From: an uncultured Pseudomonadales bacterium
GTDB lineage: Bacteria > Pseudomonadota > Gammaproteobacteria > Pseudomonadales > UBA7434
Reading direction: 5' to 3'
Length of the DNA stretch: 64,000 nucleotides
NCBI GenBank assembly: GCA_943787705.1
Contig: CALSNL010000003.1
Span: forward strand, 390,649 to 454,648
Below the pieces are notes generated by a model, which saw only the letters and a list, made by a program, of their open reading frames with translations, had not been told where the DNA came from and made no database searches. Shown piece by piece: positions 1 through 10,084 of this stretch. A program made the translations under genes and the position numbers. The first letter of the stretch is position 1. Each line of letters begins with the position of its first letter.

Positions 1-179
1 GCGTCGGCATTAATGGCGACAGCATGTTCGATTAATGCCTGACTAGCTGTCACACCCGTAACAATAGTGTTGATTTCTGCGCCACCTTCAACCTGCAAAC
101 CATTGGGACAATAGTCCTTAATTTTATCAATAGCTAATAATGTATTGAGATAATCAACAAGCTGCGACAATAAAATCAT
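1..179 (-). CDS. ybgI: NIF3/YbgI-family dinuclear metal centre protein, N-terminal fragment (gene runs off the left edge)
   Basis: Reverse-strand ATG at 177-179. My translation is [59 protein letters not shown]. It has the YbgI-type PNGLQVEG and [11 protein letters not shown] motifs. Absent from the ORF track only because the window edge truncates it. Confidence 0.75.
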   Translation of the reverse strand, partial: MILLSQLVDYLNTLLAIDKIKDYCPNGLQVEGGAEINTIVTGVTASQALIEHAVAINAD

Positions 180-359
180 GTAAAACCTCTATAAAATATG
201 CGTAAAACTAGCTGCACAAACAAAGCACTTTGAATTATTAAAATATTCCCCTGTATAATCACAGGCATTATGGTCTAGGATGGTAGCTATAACAGTGAGC
301 CAGGCAACCACTAGGACATTTTATACTAATCGTATAAAAGCGCACGAGGGTATTGAGCT

Positions 360-1493
360 TTGAGCATTAAAAGACCATCACATACACACTGGAAAAACAG
401 GGCACGCCATTATTTTTGGCCCATATTAACCGGCTTACTGTTTGCAGCCCTACTATTACAGTTCAACCGAGCCCCCTCTGGCAATTCCGCCGATCCGTTT
501 ATTACCAGTTATGCCGATGCTGCTCAGGTAGCCCTACCGTCCGTCGTCAACATCTATACCAGCCGCACCATTCATGTAGAAAACCATCCACTGTTAAAAG
601 ACCCTGTTTTTAAACGCTTTCTCAATAACAAAGGTGTTCGACAACGCGATAAAATCGAACGCAGCTTAGGCTCTGGCGTTATCATTAGCAGCAATGGCTA
701 TGTACTAACGAATAACCATGTTATTGATGAAGCCGATCGTATTCGAGTACTACTCGCTGATGGTCGTGAAAGACTGGCAACGGTCATAGGCTCTGACGCT
801 CCCACCGACCTTGCCGTACTAAAAATTGATCTCGACAATCTAACACCTGCTATTTTTGCTAACCCTAAAACCATTCGCATAGGTGATATTGTTCTCGCCA
901 TAGGTAACCCCTACGGCATAGGGCAAACCGTGACTCAAGGCATTGTATCTGCCACGGGTCGCCATGGCTTACAAATTAATACCTATGAAAAATATATTCA
1001 AACTGATGCCGCCATCAACACAGGTAATTCAGGTGGAGCATTAGTTAATGCCTATGGAGAATTAATTGGCATTAACAGTGGGCTGTATTCAAAAACGGGC
1101 GGCTCAAACGGTATTGGCTTTGCCATTCCTATCGACATAGCCTCTTATGTATTTGAAAATATCGTCGAGCATGGAGAAGTCGTTAGAGGCTGGCTAGGTA
1201 TTAGCGCCGAAGAAATCACGCCCAGTGTTGCCGAAGCCTTTAACCTTAAAAGTTTACGAGGACTCGTATTAACCGATATAGAAACTTATGGCCCAGCAGA
1301 AAAAGCCGGTTTACAAATAGGTGATATCATCACGCATATTGACAACACTAGTGTTGGTAATGGCAATATCGGCATGCATAAAATTGCCCAAACCAAACCC
1401 GGCACTAGCATTCATATTCGAGCTATGCGCAAAGGCGAATCTCAAGATTTTTTAGTTGAAATTGGCTTACGACCTAATAATAAAAGCGATTAA
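360..1493 (+). CDS. degS: HtrA-family periplasmic serine endoprotease, DegS-like (one TM, protease domain, single PDZ)
   Basis: 377-aa ORF. N-terminal TM ([16 protein letters not shown]). Catalytic contexts TNNHVI, DLAVLKI and GNSGGALVN. One C-terminal PDZ-like region. Size fits DegS rather than DegP/Q. TTG start preceded by GAGGG. Confidence 0.85.
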   Translation: MSIKRPSHTHWKNRARHYFWPILTGLLFAALLLQFNRAPSGNSADPFITSYADAAQVALPSVVNIYTSRTIHVENHPLLKDPVFKRFLNNKGVRQRDKIERSLGSGVIISSNGYVLTNNHVIDEADRIRVLLADGRERLATVIGSDAPTDLAVLKIDLDNLTPAIFANPKTIRIGDIVLAIGNPYGIGQTVTQGIVSATGRHGLQINTYEKYIQTDAAINTGNSGGALVNAYGELIGINSGLYSKTGGSNGIGFAIPIDIASYVFENIVEHGEVVRGWLGISAEEITPSVAEAFNLKSLRGLVLTDIETYGPAEKAGLQIGDIITHIDNTSVGNGNIGMHKIAQTKPGTSIHIRAMRKGESQDFLVEIGLRPNNKSD

Positions 1494-1498
1494 CTATT

Positions 1499-1954
1499 AT
1501 GAAAATATGGGTCGATGCTGATGCCTGCCCAGGGGTCATTAAAGAGATTTTATTTCGCGCGGCAGAACGCCGCCAAATAACCACGACCCTTGTCGCCAAT
1601 CAATCACTTGCCACTCCGCCATCACCTTATATCCAAATGCTTCAAGTGCCATTAGGCTTTGACGTTGCCGATAACGAAATTGTTAGGCGACTGACCGCCG
1701 GTGATTTAGTGATTACCGCGGACATACCACTAGCAGCAGAAGTCATAGAAAAAGGCGGTAAAGCGTTAAATCCACGCGGCGAGCTGTATACTACCGATAA
1801 TATTAAAGCACGACTCAATATGCGCGACTTTATGGACACACTGAGATCAAGCGGCGTCAATACCGGCGGACCACCGCCATTAGGTCAAAACGAAAGACAG
1901 CACTTTGCCAATAATTTAGATAGACTACTCACGCAGCATCAAAGTCACGGATAA
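1499..1954 (+). CDS. yaiI: YaiI/YqxD family protein (UPF0178)
   Basis: 151-aa ORF starting [24 protein letters not shown], the characteristic UPF0178 N-terminus. Lies 5 nt after the degS stop. Confidence 0.8.
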   Translation: MKIWVDADACPGVIKEILFRAAERRQITTTLVANQSLATPPSPYIQMLQVPLGFDVADNEIVRRLTAGDLVITADIPLAAEVIEKGGKALNPRGELYTTDNIKARLNMRDFMDTLRSSGVNTGGPPPLGQNERQHFANNLDRLLTQHQSHG

Positions 1955-1991
1955 AAACAATAGCTAACGCTAACAATAAGATATCACAACT

Positions 1992-2897
1992 ATGAATATT
2001 TTAATTACCGGCGCAACCGGCCTTATAGGCACAGCACTTAGTACCGCATTAACCGCCGAAGGTCATAACGTTTATGCCTTGTCGCGAGACAGCGTTGCAG
2101 ATGCCATTAAACCTGCGCCTTTTTATTGGCAACCCAAACAAAAAATTATTCGCTTCGATAGCTCAATCAGCATTGATATTGTGATTAATCTCGCCGGTGA
2201 AAACATTGCTGACCGTCGGTGGACAGCCAATAGCAAAGCAACCATTTGGCAAAGCCGTATTGATTCAACTCAGCTTTTATCCGAGACCTTAGCCAAACTC
2301 AATAACAAACCTTCGTTATTGATTTCTGCATCCGCGATTGGCTTTTATGGTGATACTGGCTCCAACATTGTTGATGAGCGCAGTAGTGCAGGCAATGAGT
2401 TTTTGGCCGATTTATCTGTGGCATGGGAACAAGCCACCGCTGCTGCGTCAGCAGCAGGTATCCGTACCGTTCACCTTCGCACAGGGATTGTATTAAGCCC
2501 CAATGGCGGCGCCTTAAAACAAATGTTATTACCGTTTAAATTGGGCTTAGGTGGCGCGTTTGGTAATGGCCAGCAATATATGAGCTGCATTGGACTGCAT
2601 GAAGCGGTCAATATTATTCAATTTATTATGGCGCAAGAAAGCATTCATGGTGCTGTTAATATGGTCGCGCCAGAAGCGGTTACCAATAAAGTGTTTACCA
2701 AAACCTTAGGCGCCGTATTAAAACGACCCACTATCTTCACTGTCCCCGTTCCCATTGCTAAGTTCGCTTTTGGTGAAATGGCAGACCACTTATTACTCAC
2801 GGGTGCGCGCGTTAAACCGTCTGTATTAATCGAGCACGGGTATACCTTCAGCGATAAAGACTTAACCTCAACTTTAGAGCGGGTTTTATTAGAATAA
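1992..2897 (+). CDS. TIGR01777/YfcH-type NAD-dependent epimerase-family protein (SDR39U1-like)
   Basis: 301-aa ORF. Rossmann motif ILITGATGLIG at the N-terminus. C-terminal DUF1731-like region (RVKPSVLIEHGYTF). Confidence 0.8.
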   Translation: MNILITGATGLIGTALSTALTAEGHNVYALSRDSVADAIKPAPFYWQPKQKIIRFDSSISIDIVINLAGENIADRRWTANSKATIWQSRIDSTQLLSETLAKLNNKPSLLISASAIGFYGDTGSNIVDERSSAGNEFLADLSVAWEQATAAASAAGIRTVHLRTGIVLSPNGGALKQMLLPFKLGLGGAFGNGQQYMSCIGLHEAVNIIQFIMAQESIHGAVNMVAPEAVTNKVFTKTLGAVLKRPTIFTVPVPIAKFAFGEMADHLLLTGARVKPSVLIEHGYTFSDKDLTSTLERVLLE

Positions 2898-3031
2898 TAA
2901 CGATAGGCTTACAGGCTGCATTTTCTTTAGCGTGAACATCCAGTTACAATATAAAAAACCACTTTTTTAAGAGCGACTATCGATTACGCTCAATAGTGAT
3001 ACCCATAAAACCCAAACGAGCCAAACTCAAC

Positions 3032-4168
3032 ATGTCAGCAAACTCTCCTACCATTGACCTCGCCATCCAACTTATGGCCTGTAAATCCGTCACTCCCGAT
3101 GATGCCGGATGTCAGCAACTGATGATTGACCGACTCGAAGCCATTGGCTTTCAAGTGAGTAAGCTACGCTTTGATGATGTTGATAACTTTTGGGCAGTTC
3201 ATGGTGACAGCGGAGATATACTCGCATTTGCTGGCCATACCGATGTGGTACCGGCTGGCGACGAAAGCCATTGGGAATACCCTCCTTACTCTCCCACCAT
3301 AAACAACGACATGCTATGCGGTCGAGGGGCGGCCGACATGAAAGGCAGCCTTGCTGCGATGATAACAGCGGCAGAGAACTTTATTGGCGACCAACCCAAC
3401 CACCCTCACCGTCTTGCCTTTTTAATTACCAGTGATGAAGAAGGTATTGCGGCTAACGGCACAGTTAAAGTGATGGAGCATCTAGCGTCCATTAATGAAA
3501 AAATTCGCTGGTGCGTTGTAGGCGAGCCTTCAAGTACAGAAACAACCGGTGACGTCATCAAAAATGGTCGCCGTGGTTCACTCGGTCTAAAGTTAACGAT
3601 TAATGGTATTCAAGGGCATGTTGCCTACCCGCAACTGGCTGATAATCCTATCGATCGATTTGGGCCTGCCTTAGTCGAGATCAGCAATACCGTATGGGAT
3701 AATGGCAATGCATTTTTCCCTGCCACTTCCTTTCAGATCTCCAATCTACAAGCGGGCACTGGCGCAACCAATGTTATTCCTGGCACACTCAATATAACGG
3801 CTAACTTTCGATTCTCAACCGAATTGACGGTTGAAGCGATTCAGCAACGTTTTTTGAGTATTCTCGACAAGCACGAGCTGAATTATGAAATTACATGGCA
3901 CTTAAGTGGCCATCCCTTTATTACCGAGCACGGTGAATTAATCGATGCCAGCATGGCGGCTATCAAAGAAGTCGTTGGTATTGAAACACAACTGAGTACA
4001 GCCGGTGGCACATCAGATGGTCGCTTTATTGCGCCAACGGGTGCGCAATTAGTTGAACTAGGTCCGGTTAATGAAACAATTCATCGTGTTAATGAACGCG
4101 TTAATGCCGCTGAGCTCGATAAACTCAGTTTAATTTATCAATCTATTATGCAACGATTACTGCGTTAA
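3032..4168 (+). CDS. dapE: Succinyl-diaminopimelate desuccinylase
   Basis: The ORF track gives 2996-4168. I prefer the ATG at 3032 ([15 protein letters not shown]...). M20 peptidase motifs are [16 protein letters not shown] and ITSDEEG. Length is about 378 aa. Confidence 0.9.
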   Translation: MSANSPTIDLAIQLMACKSVTPDDAGCQQLMIDRLEAIGFQVSKLRFDDVDNFWAVHGDSGDILAFAGHTDVVPAGDESHWEYPPYSPTINNDMLCGRGAADMKGSLAAMITAAENFIGDQPNHPHRLAFLITSDEEGIAANGTVKVMEHLASINEKIRWCVVGEPSSTETTGDVIKNGRRGSLGLKLTINGIQGHVAYPQLADNPIDRFGPALVEISNTVWDNGNAFFPATSFQISNLQAGTGATNVIPGTLNITANFRFSTELTVEAIQQRFLSILDKHELNYEITWHLSGHPFITEHGELIDASMAAIKEVVGIETQLSTAGGTSDGRFIAPTGAQLVELGPVNETIHRVNERVNAAELDKLSLIYQSIMQRLLR

Positions 4169-4178
4169 TTAGCGACTA

Positions 4179-4436
4179 ATGAAAAAAATCTGGGTATCTC
4201 TGCGTACTTATTTATCATCCATTATTGCGAGTGATATCCAGCGTTTAAAGCATTTTTCCGTCAGTGCTATTGTTTTTTTTGTGGCCTACGTCATGGTTTA
4301 CTGGTGTGAAAATAACATGCCGCCGTCACTCAAACAGGAACTCACCACCCTCGCCTTTCTTTTTATCTCCGCATGCGCCTTTATCTGGGCCATGACCATG
4401 CAAATCTGTTACATCATCGCTAAAACACTCAAATAA
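4179..4436 (+). CDS. Small hypothetical membrane protein (2 predicted TM helices)
   Basis: 85-aa ORF 10 nt after dapE with two hydrophobic stretches. I recognise no family. Confidence 0.4.
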   Translation: MKKIWVSLRTYLSSIIASDIQRLKHFSVSAIVFFVAYVMVYWCENNMPPSLKQELTTLAFLFISACAFIWAMTMQICYIIAKTLK

Positions 4437-4732
4437 AATTTTACAATTCATCTCGCAAACAGCCTCTCTTCTTTAAGCAAGCAAAAAAAAAACAACTAAA
4501 CTTTAAAATATTAATGAGGAGCAAAGAGTGCTCATCCAGATTTTATAATCATGGGCATAGCGCGATAACAATTAAGGTAAACCGCCAGCAAGCCTCTACA
4601 AAAATATTTTATAGTCCTTAATGAATCACTAGTATTTATCATGCCATTATTAAATATTAATCAAGGACCGCCACAGAATCTATCGCTATGACTAAAACAA
4701 TCATAAGCGTATTCAATTAGGAGTAAACAGTA

Positions 4733-5749
4733 GTGCCTCTTGAGTTTCCAGAAGATACAACGCTTGCATCCCGCTATGTCAAACAGGCATTGCCAATGAT
4801 GATTAAGAATAAAATTGCACCTAACCCCTGTAATTTTGCGCTTTGGTACGCCTATGTTTCTAATCGTGATTTAGCTTTAAACAAGAAGCTTGACGTGACC
4901 ATTAAAGAAAAAGGCACCTGTCCAGAAGTCGTGAGCCGCGAGCTATTTAAAAAGCATGTCATTAAAGAAGAGATTGCCTTACAAAAAAACCTCCAAGAAT
5001 CCTTAAGCAATGTTGTACAAGAATTAGTAAGCAGCGTTAATGACACCAAGAATCAAACCAACACCTTTAGACAGTATCTTGAAACCAGCCTCAACGAAAT
5101 CCTATCCGATCCAGACCCAGTACATATTCAAGAAACCGTGAAAAATCTGATTAAAACGACAAAAGACGCCAGCTTTTTAGCCAATGAATTTCAATCGCAA
5201 CTGCAAACAGCCGAAGAAGAAATTACAGCGTTAAAGCAGCAGTTAGATCAGCGTGAAGAAGATGCTTATTTAGATGCGCTGACCAAAGTAGGCAACCGTC
5301 GTGCATTTGATCGACGCTTAGTAGAGTTATTTCAAGATACCGATATGGATGCGACATTGGTGTTAGTAGATTTAGATCATTTCAAAAACCTCAATGATAC
5401 CTATGGCCATTTGATGGGTGATAAAGTGTTGCAAGGTGTTGCTAAAGTGATGCAGAAGACTTGTCCTGATAGTGCATTAGCCGCTCGCTATGGCGGTGAG
5501 GAGTTTGCTTTTTTAATTCAGGGCAATGCCGATGCGGGTGCAAGAGTTGCTGAGCAGACACGTCAATTATTGGGTAAGTTGTTATTGCGTAAGAAGAGTG
5601 ATGGCCAGGTGATTGATAATATTACTGCGTCGTTTGGTGTTGCGCAGCGCACAGCGGGTGAGTATCCAGAGCAGTTGATTGAACGGGCGGATAAGGCGCT
5701 TTATGAGGCGAAGGAAACTGGACGAAATCGAGTAACAATGGCAGCGTGA
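4733..5749 (+). CDS. Diguanylate cyclase (GGDEF domain) with an N-terminal unknown/coiled-coil region
   Basis: 338-aa ORF. GTG start preceded by AGGAG. GGDEF-domain motifs DALTKVGNRRAF, DLDHFKNLND and RYGGEEF. No RxxD I-site directly upstream of GGEEF. Confidence 0.85.
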   Translation: MPLEFPEDTTLASRYVKQALPMMIKNKIAPNPCNFALWYAYVSNRDLALNKKLDVTIKEKGTCPEVVSRELFKKHVIKEEIALQKNLQESLSNVVQELVSSVNDTKNQTNTFRQYLETSLNEILSDPDPVHIQETVKNLIKTTKDASFLANEFQSQLQTAEEEITALKQQLDQREEDAYLDALTKVGNRRAFDRRLVELFQDTDMDATLVLVDLDHFKNLNDTYGHLMGDKVLQGVAKVMQKTCPDSALAARYGGEEFAFLIQGNADAGARVAEQTRQLLGKLLLRKKSDGQVIDNITASFGVAQRTAGEYPEQLIERADKALYEAKETGRNRVTMAA

Positions 5750-6850
5750 ATTTTTCTTGGTGATGGAATACTGCTTTTAGTAGTAATGGGATATTCTGAG
5801 GGTTTACTTTTTTTGTTTGAGTTTTCAATCAAGACCGTCGGGGGTGGCCCGACATGCCAGTCACTTTTCTTTACTTGTGTAAAGAAAAGTAACCAAAAGA
5901 AAGCACACAATCTGACGAAGATTGATCCCGATATAACCTATTCGCTTTGCGCTGGTATTATCCAGTACACTTTAGCTACGCCTACGAAAACGTTTTTCAC
6001 TCGACTTTAATTGCTCGTCAATATCTGAGCTCGCCTCCAGCCAATATCATTCTGATACCGCAGACTTTTCAAAACACAATGCGGCTACAACGAACAAGTT
6101 CAGTAGACTTCTTTTTATTTTAGAACAAGTAAAAACCGTGCCTAACGGCCGGCTTTTACTATTGAGCTCCGCATGCCGCTCAAAAGGAAAAAAAAGAAAA
6201 AAGAGTAGAACTACTATTTGGCTCAAAGGAAAAATTGGACGTAAAATATGATGCAAGTGCAGCACAAAAAAAGTACCCCCTATACCGCTTGGCGATAATC
6301 TCTCTGGAACTGCTGGACAGAAAACACTACGAGATGCACCCGTCGTGGTTAAGCTTCGCCGTTAAGCTTACGGCATTTTTGGTTACTTTTTTTGCTGTTG
6401 AAAAAAGTGACTGGCATGTCGGGCCACCCCCGACGGTCTTGACTTGAAAACTCAAAAAACAGAAGCAAAAATCCAGAATATAACATTACTCTTAAAGTTT
6501 AAAAAAGCACCCCCTATACCGCTTGGCGATAATCTCTCTGGAACTGCTGGACAGAAAACACTACGAGATGCACCCGTCGTGGTCAAGCTTCGCCGTTAAG
6601 GTTGCGGCATTTTTGGTTACTTTTTTTGCTGCTGAAAAAAGTGACTGGCATGTCGGGCCACTCCCGACGACCTTGACTTTAAAACTCAAACAACAAAGCA
6701 AGAATCCAGAATATAAGATTACTGTTAAACGTTAAAGAGCTAGCATCTGGTTGTCGGGCCACCCCCGACGACCTTGAACTTAAAACTCAAACAAGAGAAA
6801 TGCAAACTCTCAGAATATTCCATCACCACTAAAAGCTTAAGCGCAAAACG
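5750..6850. repeat. Non-coding repeat island A, built from a structured ~230-280-bp repeat family
   Basis: The whole 1.1-kb spacer between the convergent 3' ends of the GGDEF gene and rluB. The hairpin GTCGGGGGTGGCCCGAC or its complement occurs at 5837-5853 (fwd), 6418-6434, 6652-6668 (one mismatch) and 6753-6769 (rev). Two near-identical ~190-bp bodies lie at about 6262-6436 and 6487-6670. Confidence 0.9.
5812..6460. mobile_element. MITE-like composite element (~650 bp, no transposase) with perfect 34-bp terminal inverted repeats
   Basis: 5835-5868 (CCGTCGGGGGTGGCCCGACATGCCAGTCACTTTT) is the exact reverse complement of 6403-6436. Weaker inverted similarity extends about 25 bp further out. 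A second copy in opposite orientation lies at about 24581-25203. Mobility is inferred, not shown. Confidence 0.5.
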
Positions 6851-7726
6851 CTACCTTCGTGGCTTACTCTCCCGTCTAGACTGATCCGACATCCGCGACT
6901 TACCCATACCGTCAGACTTCCGCGGCTTCTTATTCTTAGCCGGACGAGACTGATCACTCAAAGCCTCCCCCTCAAACGCAACAGGCGCATCAACAATACC
7001 CGCCAACTCCGTCAAACTATCAACCTGCTCTTTACTCAACTCAGTATACTTGCCCGCTTTAAGCGAAGAAGGAATAAAAACATTACCAAAACGCACGCGC
7101 TTCAATCGACTCACTTGCACTTCTTGCGATTCCCACAAACGACGCACTTCGCGGTTCTTACCCTCCATCAACACCACGTAATACCAACTATTGGCACCCG
7201 TTGCATTTCGACCCGGCTGAATATCAGTAAAACGCGCCATACCATCTTCTAACAACACACCCTCACGTAAAGTGCGCATCGTATTTTCATCAACTTCGCC
7301 TTTAACACGTACCGCATATTCACGATCAATTTGACTAGAAGGATGCATCAACACATTGGCAAGCTCACCGTCATTGGTAAACAACAATAAACCACTGGTG
7401 TTCATATCTAAACGACCCACCGCAATCCAACGCTCACCTTTACTCACCGGCAAACGATCAAATACTGTTTTACGACCTTCAGGATCCGAACGAGTAGAAA
7501 CCTCGCCTTCTGGCTTGTTATAAATAATAACGCGACGCTCAGGTTTTTTAGTTTCAACCTTCACACGCTTACCATCTAACTCAATCACATCGCCAACTTC
7601 AACCTTAAGACCCAGTTGCGCCACATCACCATTCACCGTAATACGACCGGCTTCAATCCATCGTTCAATTTCTCTGCGCGAGCCAAGACCTTCGGCTGCG
7701 AGCACTTTTTGTAGACGCTCACTCAT
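6851..7726 (-). CDS. rluB: 23S rRNA pseudouridine synthase B
   Basis: 291-aa ORF. S4 domain (LQKVLAAEGLGSRREIERWI). RsuA/RluB catalytic motif GRLDMNTSGLLLFTNDG. Basic C-terminal tail. Confidence 0.9.
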   Translation of the reverse strand: MSERLQKVLAAEGLGSRREIERWIEAGRITVNGDVAQLGLKVEVGDVIELDGKRVKVETKKPERRVIIYNKPEGEVSTRSDPEGRKTVFDRLPVSKGERWIAVGRLDMNTSGLLLFTNDGELANVLMHPSSQIDREYAVRVKGEVDENTMRTLREGVLLEDGMARFTDIQPGRNATGANSWYYVVLMEGKNREVRRLWESQEVQVSRLKRVRFGNVFIPSSLKAGKYTELSKEQVDSLTELAGIVDAPVAFEGEALSDQSRPAKNKKPRKSDGMGKSRMSDQSRRESKPRR

Positions 7727-7812
7727 AGGAATAAATTACTGTTCAACTTTATATTAGGAGGAAGCTTTTGTACCCAACGGAACAAAAGCCTATTATTTTT
7801 CAGAGTCAGGAA

Positions 7813-8838
7813 TTAAAACTTAACTTCACCGGACGCAAGATTGGATGCTTGTAGCTCTTCTTGATTTTCATCAGATGATTGACGACTGCTGACGGCATCA
7901 TCTTCTTCTGTTAACTCATCATCAATCCAACTGGCAAAAGCATCAACCTCTGAACCACCATTATTGCCCGTTTCTAGATTGACCATTTCTAAATTAGCCG
8001 CTTCTATTGTCTCTGCAATATCGCTACTTTCTGTTTCAACATTTTCTATTGCAACACTTTCTATTTCAACACTTTCCGCTTTAACAGCCTCTAACTCACC
8101 ACTATCTGAATTAACGGCTTCAACGTCTAGAGTATCAACATCTACTGCGTCTTCTACATTCGCTTCAGTCTCGACAACCGCATCAACACCTTCAACCTCT
8201 GGCGTTACGGGTAAAGCGACAATATCAGCTTCATTACTATCATCATTCGCCGGTTTAATATCTTCTACAGGCAAATCAATATTCAACTCGCGACTAATGG
8301 TATTTAAATCACGGATTTCAGCCAACGGCGGAAGTTGATCAAGACTTTTAAGATTAAAATAATCAAGAAATTGACGTGTTGTTGCGTAAATAGCGGGACG
8401 ACCCGGCGCATCACGATAGCCAACGGATTTAATCCATTCGCGCTCTAATAAGGTTTTAATAATTTGTGTACTAACAGCAACACCACGAATTTGCTCAATT
8501 TCACCACGCGTAATAGGCTGACGATAAGCGACTAGTGACATAGTCTCAAGCAGTGCACGCGAATAACGCGGCGCCCGCTCTTGCCATAATTTATTCACCC
8601 AGCGTGATAAATCTTGCTTAACCTGATAACGGTAACCGCTAGCAACACGCTTTAACTCGTAACCACGCGCTTCACAATCACTGTCCAATTCAACCAACGC
8701 TTGATCAATTAAAGCATCGGCAGGTGTTTCTAGATCATCAAATAATTCGGTTAAATCTCGACGCTTCAATGGCCGCTCAGCTGCCATCAATGCGCCTTCA
8801 AAAATACGTTTAACCAGTGCTAGATCTTCTATTTTCAT
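7813..8838 (-). CDS. scpB: Segregation and condensation protein B with a long acidic repetitive C-terminal tail
   Basis: 341-aa ORF. The N-terminal ~190 aa is ScpB-like (winged-helix; VAYRQPITRGEIEQIRGV, GRPAIYATT). The C-terminal ~150 aa is rich in D/E/V/S. Confidence 0.85.
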   Translation of the reverse strand: MKIEDLALVKRIFEGALMAAERPLKRRDLTELFDDLETPADALIDQALVELDSDCEARGYELKRVASGYRYQVKQDLSRWVNKLWQERAPRYSRALLETMSLVAYRQPITRGEIEQIRGVAVSTQIIKTLLEREWIKSVGYRDAPGRPAIYATTRQFLDYFNLKSLDQLPPLAEIRDLNTISRELNIDLPVEDIKPANDDSNEADIVALPVTPEVEGVDAVVETEANVEDAVDVDTLDVEAVNSDSGELEAVKAESVEIESVAIENVETESSDIAETIEAANLEMVNLETGNNGGSEVDAFASWIDDELTEEDDAVSSRQSSDENQEELQASNLASGEVKF

Positions 8839-8891
8839 CGCGATTTAATACTCTGTTCTTAAAAAATTTAATTGACCATTAACAACATTTA

Positions 8892-9860
8892 TTATGCGGT
8901 TTTGGCTCTTATATGAATCGGCGAAAAAGGTTCTGTCTGAACAATTTCAATTAACGACTCTTTTATTAATTCCATAATAGCTAAAAACGTCACTACCACG
9001 CCTGCACGACCTTCACTCGGCGCAAAAAAAGCAATAAAGGGCTCAAAGCCTTCACCGCCATGCAACTGATCTAACACTTTACCCATGCGCTCACGTGTCG
9101 ACAGTGGCTCCATGTGTACCTTGTGGCTTTCAAACATATCGGCGCGATGCAACACATCACCCAAGGCCATCAATAAATCTTTTAAGTCTACATCGGGTTG
9201 TGGACGCTCACGCTCATCTTCTGGCGGCTCTACTTCGGCAATATAAATATCACGCTCAACCCGCGGCATGGCTTCAATATCTTCGGCGGCTTGTTTAAAT
9301 CGCTCGTATTCTTGTAAGCGGCGAATCAATTGCGCACGCGGATCATCTTCGTCTTCTTCAAGGTCTTGCGAGCGCGGTAACAACATACGCGATTTAATTT
9401 CGGTCATCATCGCGGCCATAACTAAATATTCGCCGGCCAACTCAAACTGCATGCTGTCCATAAGACGCACATAATGCATGTATTGCTCAGTTAACTCCGC
9501 AACATCGATATCAAGAATATCGAGATTCTGTTTTTTGATCAGATACAGTAATAAATCCAGCGGGCCTTCAAACGCGTCAAGAAAAACCTCAAGCGCGGCC
9601 GGTGGAATATACAAATCACTGGGGACTTCGGTAACGGTTTCGCCCTGAACAATGGCAAAAGGAAAGGTATGCTGCTCAGGTGTTTCAGCCGAGCTAATAC
9701 CATTACGCAGCTCAACTAGCCTAGGCCTAGCCGCTTGATCACGGGCATGAGCAACGGCAGAATCATCGCCCGCTAGCGTTGAATTATCAACAATGTGATC
9801 ATGCGATTCAGCAGACGCTTCAGGGCTTGGCGCTAGCGTTTCAGCAGAGAGTTCAGTCAT
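8892..9860 (-). CDS. scpA: Segregation and condensation protein A (kleisin)
   Basis: 322-aa ORF directly upstream of scpB. ScpA motifs FEGPLDLLLYLIKKQNLDILDI and the C-terminal winged helix. The N-terminal ~70-aa extension makes the start uncertain. Confidence 0.85.
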   Translation of the reverse strand: MTELSAETLAPSPEASAESHDHIVDNSTLAGDDSAVAHARDQAARPRLVELRNGISSAETPEQHTFPFAIVQGETVTEVPSDLYIPPAALEVFLDAFEGPLDLLLYLIKKQNLDILDIDVAELTEQYMHYVRLMDSMQFELAGEYLVMAAMMTEIKSRMLLPRSQDLEEDEDDPRAQLIRRLQEYERFKQAAEDIEAMPRVERDIYIAEVEPPEDERERPQPDVDLKDLLMALGDVLHRADMFESHKVHMEPLSTRERMGKVLDQLHGGEGFEPFIAFFAPSEGRAGVVVTFLAIMELIKESLIEIVQTEPFSPIHIRAKTA

Positions 9861-10084
9861 TAACGTTCGCTTTCCGTTTGGCTTATAGTTAATTGGCCCA
9901 ATTGCTCATCATAAAAGCAAATACACACTATCAAGCATTATCAGGCACGATCAATAGCGGGGCTAATTTTTGGCACATTATAGCGACAAACACCCCCTTA
10001 ATAACAGGTGTAATACGCGGAAGAACTAAGGATAGGAATAAGGATAGGAGATAAGTTAAGCAGGAGGCCCAGCCGGTAAGGAGC

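Noticed and set aside
5786-6735. ORF-track ORFs inside repeat island A (5786-6010, 6047-6265, 6235-6447, 6523-6735)
   Set aside because: They are translations of the repeat units themselves. The same peptide strings recur wherever the repeat recurs (..SDWHVGPPPTVL.., ..FFTCVKKSNQKKAH..). The frame shared by the two long copies is broken by a 1-nt indel and a stop in one copy. There are no RBS or start signals.
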